From a virus (taxonomy: Duplodnaviria > Caudoviricetes): a stretch of 64,000 nucleotides of DNA. The stretch spans positions 1 through 64,000 of IMG/VR virus record IMGVR_UViG_3300042888_002988; one strand, 5' to 3'. The position numbers and the translations under genes are program-made. This document shows positions 44,009-53,931 of the stretch, piece by piece. The notes beneath the pieces were generated by a model. The model saw only the letters and a list, made by a program, of their open reading frames with translations, did no database searches and was not told the DNA's origin. Each line of letters starts with the position of its first letter. Position 1 is the stretch's first letter.

Positions 44009-44323
44009 ATGAACTGCACCTACTGTAACCAGCCGGTCGTGCTCAGCCCATCAGCGGCGGAGCGAGCTAAAAAATGTCGGAGTGGCTACACCGCCGCCGA
44101 CTACATCGCGCTGTTCCCGACGCACGCTGAGTGCGCGCTGGCACAGCGTAACAAGCCGATCCCCTGGAAGCCCATCAGTGAGCTGCCGGTGATCTTCCAG
44201 AACGAGGCCCTGTTGATGCTGCGCCAGCGCGTGCTCAAGACCTGGGGCATCCACGCCGGCACCCAGCAGGCCGCCGACTTTGTGAACTCCCGAAACGAGG
44301 CGGCGCTGCTGGCATTGCTGTGA
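44009..44323 (+). CDS. hypothetical protein
   Basis: CTYC...HAEC motif. Confidence 0.55.
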   Translation: MNCTYCNQPVVLSPSAAERAKKCRSGYTAADYIALFPTHAECALAQRNKPIPWKPISELPVIFQNEALLMLRQRVLKTWGIHAGTQQAADFVNSRNEAALLALL

Positions 44324-44688
44324 GCAAGCCGTGGAGATGGCGTGAGCGCAAACTGCGCCACCACAGCCACCTGTCGCTCATGGCCGGCAGCCGGGAGATA
44401 CTGCGCCTGGAGAACAGCGACATGTCGGAGGTCACACCTACGATGCGCATGCTCACCCGGGTGCCGGTGCTGGCTCACCTACTGAAGCAGATGCCCGCGG
44501 TGAACGCCCGCCGGCCGCTTGATGACGACGCGCCTGATGGCTACCTTGAAAGTGACCGGGACTGGATACGCAACAACGAAGCCGCGATCATTTGGTTACT
44601 GGAGCATGCGGAGGTTCTTCGCTCGAGTTTGACGCCTTGCTCCCGACAGCCAGCCAAGCTTCCAGCGATTCAAAACCCAAGTGTGTGA
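44320..44688 (+). CDS. hypothetical protein
   Basis: Coupled ORF; its 3' end overlaps the convergent gene by about 100 nt. Confidence 0.5.
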   Translation: MSKPWRWRERKLRHHSHLSLMAGSREILRLENSDMSEVTPTMRMLTRVPVLAHLLKQMPAVNARRPLDDDAPDGYLESDRDWIRNNEAAIIWLLEHAEVLRSSLTPCSRQPAKLPAIQNPSV

Positions 44689-46453
44689 TTACGGCCGGCA
44701 GCTGATCGAACGGTTGTGCAAGTTCCTGCTTCAGCCGTTGCAGATGCTGGTCCGGCCAGAATTGCAAGGCGTGCCCCACGCCGTCCATGTGCGGACCGTG
44801 CCCCACGGGTCTGTCCGGGACCTCCAGCGGCGCTTTCGGCGCGCTCAGCCACGGCGTTAGCGCCTCCTCCAATAGGCCCGGCTCTTGCAGCAGGCGCTCG
44901 TAAACTAGGATCGGCATGCGCGGATACATCATCGCTTGGCGCAGGTGGTCGATCCAGTAACGCAAGGGGTCGTAGAAGTATCCGGTGAGGTCGCCGAGAT
45001 CGTCACGCCGCCGACCTCTAGGGTCATTCTCATCGTGGGCCATCCATCCGAACAGCTGGCCGCCTTTTCCGTCCAGAAACTGCTCAAAGGTCAGGTCACT
45101 CAGTAGTCGCTGGATGCGCTTGTTGAATGAGCCTTTGGGCGGCTCTGCCGTCCACCAGCGCCAAGTCTTGTATATGCAGTCAATGGGATTGCGCACAGTG
45201 TGGATCCACTCGATTCCGTCTGGGAGCGCGCGGGCGTCGAGCGCGTGGCTCTTGGCCCACGCGCAGCCCCAACCCTGCTCGATCATGGCGCCGGTAAAAT
45301 GAGTGCCGGAGCGTCGATGACTGTGTATACCGACGCGTGTCAAGGCGGTCTTGATACCGCACGTCTCCACCTTCACGCCCGCTGCGCACGAAAACTTCAG
45401 TGCAGTTGCTTTACGCTCTTCGTTAGGATGCCAAGTCACCCGTGGCAGCTCGTTCAGCGCCGCGTCCATCAATGACGCTACGCGAGTCGGTGCGCAATGT
45501 TGCCTCACCACCGGTGCGTGCACCTGCGCTATTATGCGGTGCTGTTCGTAGTTGGCGTAGCATGCGCGAAGCTTTTCAGCGCCCGCTGCGACGTCAGGGA
45601 CATCCCACATGCGAGAGTTGTTGAATGGGTCGGCGTAGCGCGGAAGAACGAACTCGCGTTGCTCAGCGATAGAAATCAGCGAGCTGCTGTGCAGGTAGTC
45701 CAAGGGACCTCCGGTAGCGGAAGCGATAACCGGCATGCCATAAGCTGCCGCTTCAGCCAGATGCAACTCGAACGCCCCGGCTAGGTGGGCAGACAACAAT
45801 ACGTGCCCCATATCGTAGATGTCCTGCATGTTGGGAACATCCCGAGCGATCACTGTGATGCGCGGATCTTCGTTGATCATTTGCGCAAACACCGGGGGCA
45901 GTCGCGAGTCTGGCACGCGTGTTTTGACTATCCATCGCACGTCCGGAAACTCCTCAGCTGGGAAAGCTTTTTGAAACATCTGGTAAGCGAACTCCTGACC
46001 CTTCCGAATCTCGACCAGATGTCCACAGGTCAACACGGTAAACGGCGTGTCGGCTGTGCAGCTGTGCAATGATTGAAATGGCCACAGCACGTGAGGTATG
46101 ATTTTAACTGGCTGTTTTACGCCCGAGGCGGTCAGTGCATCGGCAGATGCTCGACTGGGTGTCCAGAGTTGAGCAAGCTGATCCACGCGCTCATCGATGG
46201 ACCTACGCGTTCGGTCTCCTTCGATCACGCAGTAACCGACGGTTGGGATACCCTGCCGCGTGGCCGCTGGCCAACGCATGTGCGGCGGCCCGCCCACAAA
46301 GGCGATCGCAGCGCGATGTTGAACGATAGCGTTGACGCCTGTCTGCAGACTGTTGACGACTTCATGGCGGGCGAGCAACGCCTGCGCATTGTCGCGGCCA
46401 GCGCGCCCGATACCTGACTTTTCATGCGGGGACGACAAATAGAGGACTTTCAT
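44588..46453 (-). CDS. GT-B (GT4-like) glycosyltransferase fused to a PAPS-dependent sulfotransferase domain
   Basis: GAFELHLAEAAAYGMPVIASATGG (GT4-like); SHRRSGTHF (5'-PSB loop), AKSH, VRNPIDC (3'-PB) and LVYERL. Confidence 0.85.
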   Translation of the reverse strand: MKVLYLSSPHEKSGIGRAGRDNAQALLARHEVVNSLQTGVNAIVQHRAAIAFVGGPPHMRWPAATRQGIPTVGYCVIEGDRTRRSIDERVDQLAQLWTPSRASADALTASGVKQPVKIIPHVLWPFQSLHSCTADTPFTVLTCGHLVEIRKGQEFAYQMFQKAFPAEEFPDVRWIVKTRVPDSRLPPVFAQMINEDPRITVIARDVPNMQDIYDMGHVLLSAHLAGAFELHLAEAAAYGMPVIASATGGPLDYLHSSSLISIAEQREFVLPRYADPFNNSRMWDVPDVAAGAEKLRACYANYEQHRIIAQVHAPVVRQHCAPTRVASLMDAALNELPRVTWHPNEERKATALKFSCAAGVKVETCGIKTALTRVGIHSHRRSGTHFTGAMIEQGWGCAWAKSHALDARALPDGIEWIHTVRNPIDCIYKTWRWWTAEPPKGSFNKRIQRLLSDLTFEQFLDGKGGQLFGWMAHDENDPRGRRRDDLGDLTGYFYDPLRYWIDHLRQAMMYPRMPILVYERLLQEPGLLEEALTPWLSAPKAPLEVPDRPVGHGPHMDGVGHALQFWPDQHLQRLKQELAQPFDQLPAVITHLGFESLEAWLAVGSKASNSSEEPPHAPVTK

Positions 46454-46461
46454 GCGCCGCT

Positions 46462-46490
46462 TATTTAAGCGGTAAAATTTAGGCAGTCAA
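46462..46490 (-). promoter_or_regulatory. sigma70-type promoter, probably leaderless mRNA
   Basis: TTGACT-N17-TAAATA-N8-ATG on the - strand. Confidence 0.55.
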
Positions 46491-46502
46491 CCAGTTCCAC
46501 CA

Positions 46503-47363
46503 GTGCCACCAGTTACACCAGATCTTACCATGACCACAACAACCGTAACCTCACCGCCGGTGGCCCAAGAGACCATCGAATCGTTCGTCAAGCGCCACGG
46601 CGCCGCGGCGGATTTCGAAGCGCTTCGCGACACAGCGAACCGCGCCTCCAAGCTGGGATTCGACTCGGTGGCCAACGGCCGCCTGGTCGAGTTCTGGCAG
46701 GACTTCCAGCCCGATCCGCGCCTCAAGGCCCACTATGAGGAAGCCTACCCCAGCTCGTTCTTCCTGCCGTGGAAGGCGCTGCACCGCACGCTGGACACCC
46801 TCAAACTGTGGCTCGAGCCGGCCGAGAACTACACCGGAGCCATTCCCGGCGAGCAGCTGCCGTGGTTGGAGATTTTCGAACTCCAGTCGGGTGACGAGAT
46901 TCTCCCCACCGACGCAAAGGGCCTGACCGGTCGATATGACCGGCTCGGCGACGTGCTGACTGGCGCGGCCATCATGTATCGGCTGGGGACCATGGCGACA
47001 GCTACCTCCGCCGTGCTCAATTACGAGCGTCAGATCGGTGAGGACTGGCATTACGCCACGGCCGGCTCACGCGTGACGGAGATGCTGCAGCACCCAGGCA
47101 ACCGGGGCATGCGGGACAGGCTGATCGATGCATGGGGCGAGGCCACCCGCAAGTTCTTCGTCGTGGCACCGCCGGAAGCGTTTAAGACCGACATGGATTG
47201 GCTGGAACGACTGGCGCGCATGGTGGACGCCCAGAACGTCGCGAAAGTGGCACCGGATGATCCTCTGGTGATCCGGTTCTGTCGTGGCGGGGCGCTGGTC
47301 GTGGCCGCCTGGGGCGACGAAGCATCCGAACTCAACGCGGTAGCAAGGGAGCTCAACGTATGA
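46503..47363 (+). CDS. hypothetical protein
   Basis: 286-aa ORF (start could be 46530); C-terminal DPLVI...LVVAAWG motif. Confidence 0.7.
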   Translation: MPPVTPDLTMTTTTVTSPPVAQETIESFVKRHGAAADFEALRDTANRASKLGFDSVANGRLVEFWQDFQPDPRLKAHYEEAYPSSFFLPWKALHRTLDTLKLWLEPAENYTGAIPGEQLPWLEIFELQSGDEILPTDAKGLTGRYDRLGDVLTGAAIMYRLGTMATATSAVLNYERQIGEDWHYATAGSRVTEMLQHPGNRGMRDRLIDAWGEATRKFFVVAPPEAFKTDMDWLERLARMVDAQNVAKVAPDDPLVIRFCRGGALVVAAWGDEASELNAVARELNV

Positions 47364-47986
47364 TCGTCACACGTGAGCATTTCGACGCGGTTTTGCGGGA
47401 CCTACGCAGGGATGGCCTGCTACCCACCGAAGAGTCACTGCGCCTTTTGCAGCGGCTCGTGGCGTCGGTCATCAGCGACCCGAGCTTCTACGACTGGCCG
47501 GCATCCAGGACCGGCAAGCACCATTTCTTCCGCGGCGGGCTGGCAACCCACACCTACGAGGTGCTGGTGCTCGCACTGGCGTCCGCCAAGAGACACCACG
47601 AGATGGGCGACGTGATCGACTTCTCCGCGCTGGTGATGGCTGCCATCTGGCACGACGTGGGTAAGATCCAGGAATACCGTATACTCCCCGGAGGAATGCC
47701 AGCGGCGGGTAGGGAGTTCGCCAAGGACTACGTCACGAAAAAGGATACCTGTCCGGCCCACCACATCACCCGGGCGGCCTTCCAGCTCGGTAACATGTGC
47801 GCGACCATGGGCTTCACGGACTCGGAGTTCATCGAGCTGGTGCTTCACCTTGTCGAGGCGCATCACGGCCGGCGCGAGTGGGGATCCCCGAACGTCCCTG
47901 GCACGCTTGAAGCGATGATACTTCACCACGCCGACATGCAATCCGTAATGCGGGCTTGCGGTCAAAACCCAGCGGCTCGACCATGA
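47360..47986 (+). CDS. HD-domain phosphohydrolase (YhaM-like)
   Basis: GGLATHTYEV, WHDVGK, HHG and LHHAD motifs. Confidence 0.85.
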   Translation: MIVTREHFDAVLRDLRRDGLLPTEESLRLLQRLVASVISDPSFYDWPASRTGKHHFFRGGLATHTYEVLVLALASAKRHHEMGDVIDFSALVMAAIWHDVGKIQEYRILPGGMPAAGREFAKDYVTKKDTCPAHHITRAAFQLGNMCATMGFTDSEFIELVLHLVEAHHGRREWGSPNVPGTLEAMILHHADMQSVMRACGQNPAARP

Positions 47987-48309
47987 CTGGCATGCGACCC
48001 ATATTGATCATGCCCTCCTCGCTGGCCGTCGGTGCCGCCATCACGGCCAACATGATGGAGCAGGCCAGATCGGAGGCCGAGAAGCGAGGCGTCACGCTGG
48101 TCATCTCACCCGTCGGCACGGATCCATACGTGCCGACGGTATTGCCGGTAATGCCGCCGCCGGACCTGCACGCATTGCGTGTGTCTTGCAAATCGTATAA
48201 CGAACTGCCGTTCATGCACAAGCAGTCAGCCTGGGAGAGATCCCATCCGAACCAACCGTGGTATGCCCAGTTCCAGAAGAAACGAAAACGCAAGAAAAAC
48301 CTCCGATAA
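47983..48309 (+). CDS. hypothetical protein
   Basis: ATGA-coupled ORF. Confidence 0.5.
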   Translation: MTGMRPILIMPSSLAVGAAITANMMEQARSEAEKRGVTLVISPVGTDPYVPTVLPVMPPPDLHALRVSCKSYNELPFMHKQSAWERSHPNQPWYAQFQKKRKRKKNLR

Positions 48310-48320
48310 CCTACATACAC

Positions 48321-48539
48321 ATGACACGCGTAAGCTGCACCATTGAACTCGTCGACCTACCAGGCGACCACGGTAAAGAAATCCCCAGCATTGAACTCAC
48401 CTGCGACCGATGCGGACACACAGTCGAGAGCTTCGGCCAGCGCGGCCGATCTCTACGACGATGCCTGGCCGTCATGGCCGAGGAGTGTCCACGAGGAGAA
48501 AACAACTTCTACACAACCAAGGAAAAACTAGATGACTGA
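48321..48539 (+). CDS. small zinc-binding protein
   Basis: CDRCG...CL...ECP motifs. Confidence 0.6.
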   Translation: MTRVSCTIELVDLPGDHGKEIPSIELTCDRCGHTVESFGQRGRSLRRCLAVMAEECPRGENNFYTTKEKLDD

Positions 48540-49389
48540 TTCACTCATTCCCAAACAAGCAACGTGCACGCCTCTGGCTGCATGGCTGGAGTCCAGCAAG
48601 AACGTCGAGCTGAGCATGGACGATAAGCACGCATTACGCGTGCAGACACGCTGGGTCGACCAGAGCCTGCGCCACATGGTGTTCCGGGCGCTGGTGTCAC
48701 GCACCGATCCGCGGATGGTCGACCCGGACGAGTTCCTGACCGTGGACGGATCCTACTACGTCGGCGAGCTGGAGCTGCCGATCTACCGATTCGACATGAA
48801 CGGCGTGACCATCAAGCTGCGCCACGACGCGCGTGACTGGTGTGTCCGTATTTGGGGCACCGCACCGCTCCTCATATCCAGCTACCTGGTTGAGGCGCTG
48901 ATGGACGGAGACTACAGCGTGATGGGCGATACCGAAGTGGCGCCTTCAGGCGAGTTCTGCGCCGGTTGCCCAGAGCACGTCTACGCTGTGCTATGGGACG
49001 CCCTCACGGCGCACCGCGAGGCTGTTGAGGCCGGGCACGCCGGCACCCTGGAGGAGATGGCTGAAGAAGTCCGCACGGAGGGGAGCGCCAAGTCGGAGGA
49101 GGAGCGCACCGAGCTGGAACAGTCGTTCCACCAGCGTCTGCACGACAACAACGACAACCACTACATCGTCACCGGGCGCTTCGAGTGTAGCGACGATAAC
49201 ACCCGCTACGTGCTGGCACCCACCGCCATGGAGGCTGAGGATAAGTTCCGGAAGTGGATGGTGGCCGAGGATCCCGATCAGGAAGACGGGGCCGAGGCTG
49301 TTATCGTCGCCTTGGTCGTTCAGATCCCGGGACCGCCGATCGCCATCTATGCCGATGACGTTGAAGAAAACCCTCAACCCCTAAAGTGA
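48532..49389 (+). CDS. hypothetical protein
   Basis: 285-aa ORF. Confidence 0.65.
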   Translation: MTDSLIPKQATCTPLAAWLESSKNVELSMDDKHALRVQTRWVDQSLRHMVFRALVSRTDPRMVDPDEFLTVDGSYYVGELELPIYRFDMNGVTIKLRHDARDWCVRIWGTAPLLISSYLVEALMDGDYSVMGDTEVAPSGEFCAGCPEHVYAVLWDALTAHREAVEAGHAGTLEEMAEEVRTEGSAKSEEERTELEQSFHQRLHDNNDNHYIVTGRFECSDDNTRYVLAPTAMEAEDKFRKWMVAEDPDQEDGAEAVIVALVVQIPGPPIAIYADDVEENPQPLK

Positions 49390-49943
49390 TGACTGACGCC
49401 GAACGCACCATGCGGGAGGAGCAGTGGATGCTCACTCAGGAGTTCCTGGATCCCAACTACCCGACACCACCGATCGTGGGCGCTTTCAAGCTGCTCTACG
49501 AGGCGCAGTGGGAATTGTTCCTGCGCGACATTGACAACAACCACGCCCTGAAGTTCTTCAACCAAGAGCTGAATGACTTCAGCTGCGCCTCCAGCTGGGA
49601 GTCGCTGGCCGCCGCCAATGGTGTCGAGCCCTACGACAAGTGGTGGAGCATCGACCCGCAGCTACCGTCTGACATCAGGGACTTCTGCCGGGAGTTCCGG
49701 GCTGTGGTGCGTAGCTTTGACAGTGGTAACACTGGTGGCAATGCCGCTTTCGGCGCACCAAGCCCCAGCTTCCCGCCGCAGCTTGCTCTGATCGTGCAGC
49801 ACGACGGCGGATGCCTTGCGCCATACTTCAATCCGAGCTACGAGCGGCCGGCTGAATACCGCCTCGTGGATCAGATGCTGCGCTCACGCCGTCTGTGGCG
49901 CGAGATGCAGGACGGCGGAACCACCTACATCTACCGAACGTGA
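49386..49943 (+). CDS. hypothetical protein
   Basis: 185-aa ORF; LIVQHDGGCLAPYFN motif. Confidence 0.65.
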   Translation: MMTDAERTMREEQWMLTQEFLDPNYPTPPIVGAFKLLYEAQWELFLRDIDNNHALKFFNQELNDFSCASSWESLAAANGVEPYDKWWSIDPQLPSDIRDFCREFRAVVRSFDSGNTGGNAAFGAPSPSFPPQLALIVQHDGGCLAPYFNPSYERPAEYRLVDQMLRSRRLWREMQDGGTTYIYRT

Positions 49944-50179
49944 ACGACACCTCCCTTCAAGCGTGGACACTGGTGGCACTCGTGCTACTCGGTGCCCACC
50001 TGCTACTGACGCTCATCCAGATCTGTGATCTGTGGTGGGCCTGGCGTCAGCCCAACCGACGGTCTCCCCGGTATTTCCGGCGGGCCCGTTGGCGGCTGGC
50101 GTTGATTCTGTTTACCATCATCACGGCTGCTGCAGCCATCACCACCATCTACCTACTCCAACAAAACTATGTCCCGTAA
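49940..50179 (+). CDS. small two-TM membrane protein
   Basis: Two hydrophobic helices separated by an Arg-rich loop; GTG start. Confidence 0.55.
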   Translation: MNDTSLQAWTLVALVLLGAHLLLTLIQICDLWWAWRQPNRRSPRYFRRARWRLALILFTIITAAAAITTIYLLQQNYVP

Positions 50180-51029
50180 CATTGATATCGAAATCGTCGC
50201 CGACAGCATCAACCCAGCCGGCAAGCGCATCACCTCAGCCCTGTGGACCTATCCACGGTTCATCCACGCCGAGATCATGACCCACCGCATGTTCAGCCGT
50301 AACGCTGCCAGCAGCCGCGCGATCCCCATCAAGAAGATGATGCAGGCCGTGCGCGAAGATCCTGCCATGCCCGAATGGTGGGGATCCAACAAGCCCGGCA
50401 TGCAAGCTGGAGAGCAGTTGGACGGCGAGGCCAAGGCCGACGCGCTGACAAACTGGCTGGCAGCCAAGACGGCTGCCCTGAGCTTCGCGGAGGAACTGGA
50501 GTCTGTCGGCCTGCACAAGCAGATCGCTAACCGTGTCCTCGAGCCGTGGATGAGAATCACCGTGCTGGTGACCGCCACGGAATGGGACAACTTCTTCGCC
50601 CTGCGTGCGCACCCAGCTGCTCAGCCGGAGTTCCAGATCCTAGCCTACCGGATGCTCAACGCCATGGTGAACCTGAGCCAGCCGAAATACCTGAACTGGG
50701 GAGAGTGGCACGTCCCGTTTGACCCAGGCACGGACAAGTCACTGCATGACCGACTCGTGACATCGGTAGCCAAGGCGGCGCGCACCTCCTACGTGGCCTT
50801 CGACTCAAACAAGACCCTGGAAGAACAGGAGACCTTGTTCAAGAGCATGCGGGACAACGGGCACTGGTCGCCATTCGAGCACCAGGCGCAGGCCGTATCC
50901 GGCATCATGCACAGCGGAAACTTCACCGGTAACTGGCGGCAATACCGCCAGGAGTTCGGCGGACAGAACCGCGAGCACGTGGACCTCGCCGCCCTGCTGG
51001 CAGCCAAACCCGCCTGGATCGAACTCTAA
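50169..51029 (+). CDS. thyX: FAD-dependent thymidylate synthase
   Basis: EIMTHRMFSRNAASSR signature, LRAHPAAQPEF and HWSPFEHQA. Confidence 0.92.
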   Translation: MSRNIDIEIVADSINPAGKRITSALWTYPRFIHAEIMTHRMFSRNAASSRAIPIKKMMQAVREDPAMPEWWGSNKPGMQAGEQLDGEAKADALTNWLAAKTAALSFAEELESVGLHKQIANRVLEPWMRITVLVTATEWDNFFALRAHPAAQPEFQILAYRMLNAMVNLSQPKYLNWGEWHVPFDPGTDKSLHDRLVTSVAKAARTSYVAFDSNKTLEEQETLFKSMRDNGHWSPFEHQAQAVSGIMHSGNFTGNWRQYRQEFGGQNREHVDLAALLAAKPAWIEL

Positions 51030-51040
51030 ACAACACCATC

Positions 51041-51352
51041 ATGGCACCCAAACGCAGATCATTCCAAAACAATCAACCATCCACCACCACAATCCGCGCG
51101 GATGAGTTCACACAGGCCATGGTCGACTTCCTCGCTGGCGGCGAGAAGCGTTCATTCAACGACATCTTCATGGGCGTGCAGGACACCGCCAAGCGACTGT
51201 ATCCTTCCAAGGGTAACGAGCTGATGCGCCTGCAGGCCTATGAGCTGCTCTCAACAGCCTGCGCCCGCGGACGCGTCAGCCGTGAGGGCCGGGAATACTT
51301 CCGGACTGACATCCCGGCGGCGCACGTCGTCGAGGAAGGGGGTGAAGCATGA
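51041..51352 (+). CDS. hypothetical protein, possible winged helix
   Basis: 103 aa; helical pattern with a terminal GRVSREGREY hairpin. Confidence 0.55.
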   Translation: MAPKRRSFQNNQPSTTTIRADEFTQAMVDFLAGGEKRSFNDIFMGVQDTAKRLYPSKGNELMRLQAYELLSTACARGRVSREGREYFRTDIPAAHVVEEGGEA

Positions 51353-51933
51353 TCATCGGCTCATTCTCCGGCGCACTGCAGCTCCTCCACGAGGGCAAGA
51401 TGGTGCGCCGCCTCAGCTGGGGCCACGCGATCCTGTTCATGACGCCGCCGGTCAGCATACCGCTGGAGGACATGACGGGAGCGCTGCGGGCGATCATCAG
51501 GCAGGGCGGGAAGGAAGCACTGGAGGACCAGGGCAACCTGCGCAAGGTCGACCTGGACGACGACAACAAGTGCGTCAACGGGTGGCTACCATCCTTCGAG
51601 GACCTCACCGCTGAGGATTGGGAATACGTCGAGATCAGCACCAAGCTGCCGCCTCGCATGAGTGAGCGGAAGTTCCATCGCACCCTGTTCACTGTCGAGG
51701 TGCTGTCGGAGGAGCCGATCCCCGAGATGGAGCTGAAGGACGTGCTGCACCGCATGGACGTCGACGACTTCGTGGGCAGCTGGAACCGGGAGGCGGCGAT
51801 GGAGCTGAACGCCAACCAGGTCGCCCTGTATCTCTACCAATACGGCTCGGAACCTGGGTTTTTCCAGCTCACGTCCGTAGGGGAGGAACTGCACACCAAA
51901 GAAGACGAGGAGGACCGCAGCCTTGAGCGCTAA
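51349..51933 (+). CDS. DUF2829-like protein
   Basis: FSGALQLLHEGKMVRRLSW and GWLPSFEDLTAEDW. Confidence 0.75.
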   Translation: MIIGSFSGALQLLHEGKMVRRLSWGHAILFMTPPVSIPLEDMTGALRAIIRQGGKEALEDQGNLRKVDLDDDNKCVNGWLPSFEDLTAEDWEYVEISTKLPPRMSERKFHRTLFTVEVLSEEPIPEMELKDVLHRMDVDDFVGSWNREAAMELNANQVALYLYQYGSEPGFFQLTSVGEELHTKEDEEDRSLER

Positions 51934-52375
51934 AGATAAAAAGCAGTGGCCAGCCACGGCGACGATCCGCATGGATCTATGCCCGCGCTGCGGCCGTAGC
52001 CACGAGCGCATCGAGTTTCGTCGGTTCGAGCTGGGAGACTCACAGTTCACCCACTGGGCCTACTGCGAGGCCACCGGCGAACCGCTGCTGCTCAACATGG
52101 CGACGCCGCGGAACAAGCCGAGCAAGTTCCACGTTCGGTTCGTGGGCACCGGGAAGAAGGCGCAGTGCGCCCCCAACCCTAACTACCCGGACGGTATCGA
52201 TCTGCCGTCGCCGTTGCCGAACGAACCCAAGTGCAAAGTGACGCTGCCATACCCGGCAGCGGAAATCGGCGCATGGAAGGTGGAGTGCTCCGAGTGCGGA
52301 GCTCGGGTTGCCTGCACGGCTGCCGGCCGCCCCGATGACCCCAGATCCATTGAACTACCATGCAAGAAACCATGA
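51923..52375 (+). CDS. Cys-rich hypothetical protein
   Basis: TTG start; CPRC and CSEC motifs. Confidence 0.6.
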   Translation: MSAKDKKQWPATATIRMDLCPRCGRSHERIEFRRFELGDSQFTHWAYCEATGEPLLLNMATPRNKPSKFHVRFVGTGKKAQCAPNPNYPDGIDLPSPLPNEPKCKVTLPYPAAEIGAWKVECSECGARVACTAAGRPDDPRSIELPCKKP

Positions 52376-52674
52376 CGCGACCTGAAGCATCCAACGAGTT
52401 CGGACAGCACGACTGGTCCGGTGACCGAGGTTCCATAGGTCACTGTCCCAACATGTGCCTAACGTGCGAGGCCCTGTTCTGGGGCCACAAGAGCAGAATG
52501 ATCTGCAGGAAGTGCGACGACGACCTCAGGGCGTGCAACATGCACCCTGGCGACATCAGCCCGCCGGTCTACGCCGGTGCCAAGCTGCGGCGGTTGTTGG
52601 TGTGGATGCTTCCAGCCGGTATCGCAGCGTGGGGAATCATCTATGCGATCGTGCGCGCCTGGTTTCTCAGGTAG
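52372..52674 (+). CDS. zinc-finger protein with C-terminal TM helix
   Basis: CLTC...CRKC motifs; hydrophobic C-terminus. Confidence 0.55.
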   Translation: MTRPEASNEFGQHDWSGDRGSIGHCPNMCLTCEALFWGHKSRMICRKCDDDLRACNMHPGDISPPVYAGAKLRRLLVWMLPAGIAAWGIIYAIVRAWFLR

Positions 52675-52696
52675 CGGCGATTCAACCAGCAAACCT

Positions 52697-53242
52697 ATGA
52701 AACAACTACACATTGCCTTCGCCGCCTTCACCCCCGCCTACTACCGGTGGGAGGTGCAACGCATGATCCCCGTCATCTACCCCGGTGACGAAATCCAGTA
52801 TATGGAACCTGACGTTGGTCAGATCGAAGATGCCCTGCTACCGGAGGACGCCGTCGTGGGTGATCCCGTGTGGGCAGTCTACGGCCGGCGCACGGACGGC
52901 ATCGCGGAGCACATCTCCGACTTCGACGAGCTTGAGGCTGCGCTGAACCTGGTGCGATCACTGGGCTGCAGTAGCTTGTTTGTGCCGCCGGGTCCTACGT
53001 CCGAATGCCACGGGCGCCAAGTGTTGTTCGGCAATGACGACTGCGCAGAGTGGAGACCCAACGACTGGGTATACAATGCTCATCAGCTCGCGGTGAACGC
53101 TGGGCGCCACTTTGGTGAAGTAATCAACACGCAGGCCGAGGTATGGGAAGCGGTGCTGGAGTCACCTGACCAGAAGCGCAGCTCCTACAAGGCGCAGCAT
53201 TTGCTGGAGGAAATCGTAACCCTCATGGCCCACGCAATATGA
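52697..53242 (+). CDS. hypothetical protein
   Basis: 181-aa ORF. Confidence 0.65.
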   Translation: MKQLHIAFAAFTPAYYRWEVQRMIPVIYPGDEIQYMEPDVGQIEDALLPEDAVVGDPVWAVYGRRTDGIAEHISDFDELEAALNLVRSLGCSSLFVPPGPTSECHGRQVLFGNDDCAEWRPNDWVYNAHQLAVNAGRHFGEVINTQAEVWEAVLESPDQKRSSYKAQHLLEEIVTLMAHAI

Positions 53243-53433
53243 GATGGATCTACTCCGAACTCGGCGCTCCCATGTGGGAGTGGCCGGGACTACAGGCGGT
53301 GATGTTCTACGCCCCCGATCCTCCGTTCAGTCCTGGTGGGCCTCCGCCAATGACCGACCGTGAGTGGGAGGTGTTCGAGCAAGCCAGGGTGGAGCGCTAC
53401 AAGCGCGAGATGCGGAAGTGGCAGGCTGCCTGA
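53239..53433 (+). CDS. hypothetical protein
   Basis: 64-aa coupled ORF. Confidence 0.5.
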   Translation: MRWIYSELGAPMWEWPGLQAVMFYAPDPPFSPGGPPPMTDREWEVFEQARVERYKREMRKWQAA

Positions 53434-53456
53434 GGAAACTTTTACCCACCTACCTC

Positions 53457-53828
53457 ATGTATCTCAACCAACTACGACTCGGCCAAAGTGCATTCCGCAG
53501 CGACGCGCTCCACAAGATCTACAGCTGGGCGCCCTCCAAGGCCCGCAGCTACACCATCGAGAGAATCGAGCGCTACGAATACGGCGTGTTCAAGATCCGT
53601 CGCCGCTACTTCACCGTGACCGTGACCTATTACTCACGGGCCGACGAGGGAAGCTACCGCTTCGGTGACTGGAGCTGGAAGCGCTACTGCCTCGGCCATG
53701 AGCGTTTCCCAGTGCTGCGCGTCGTGAAGCGATCAGTCCCAGAGCCGTCCGTCGCCCGACGTATCGTCATGGGCGAGTCCACGTCGCACCCGGACAAGTT
53801 CCGGCGCGGCGAGCGCGTCGAAGTGTAA
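53457..53828 (+). CDS. hypothetical protein
   Basis: 123-aa ORF. Confidence 0.6.
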   Translation: MYLNQLRLGQSAFRSDALHKIYSWAPSKARSYTIERIERYEYGVFKIRRRYFTVTVTYYSRADEGSYRFGDWSWKRYCLGHERFPVLRVVKRSVPEPSVARRIVMGESTSHPDKFRRGERVEV

Positions 53829-53874
53829 AAAAAGGTGGGGGCGCGGCAGGCAAACCCAAAACCGCCACGCCCCC
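53827..53874 (-). terminator. terminator-like hairpin oriented on the - strand
   Basis: On the - strand: GGGGGCGTGGC...GCCGCGCCCCC (11 bp including one G-U) then ACC-TTTTTTT. Confidence 0.45.
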
Positions 53875-53931
53875 GTGCTCAGGTTACTCGCCTGAACGCC
53901 CGCAGTATTATCGCCAAACCAAGTAAAATCA

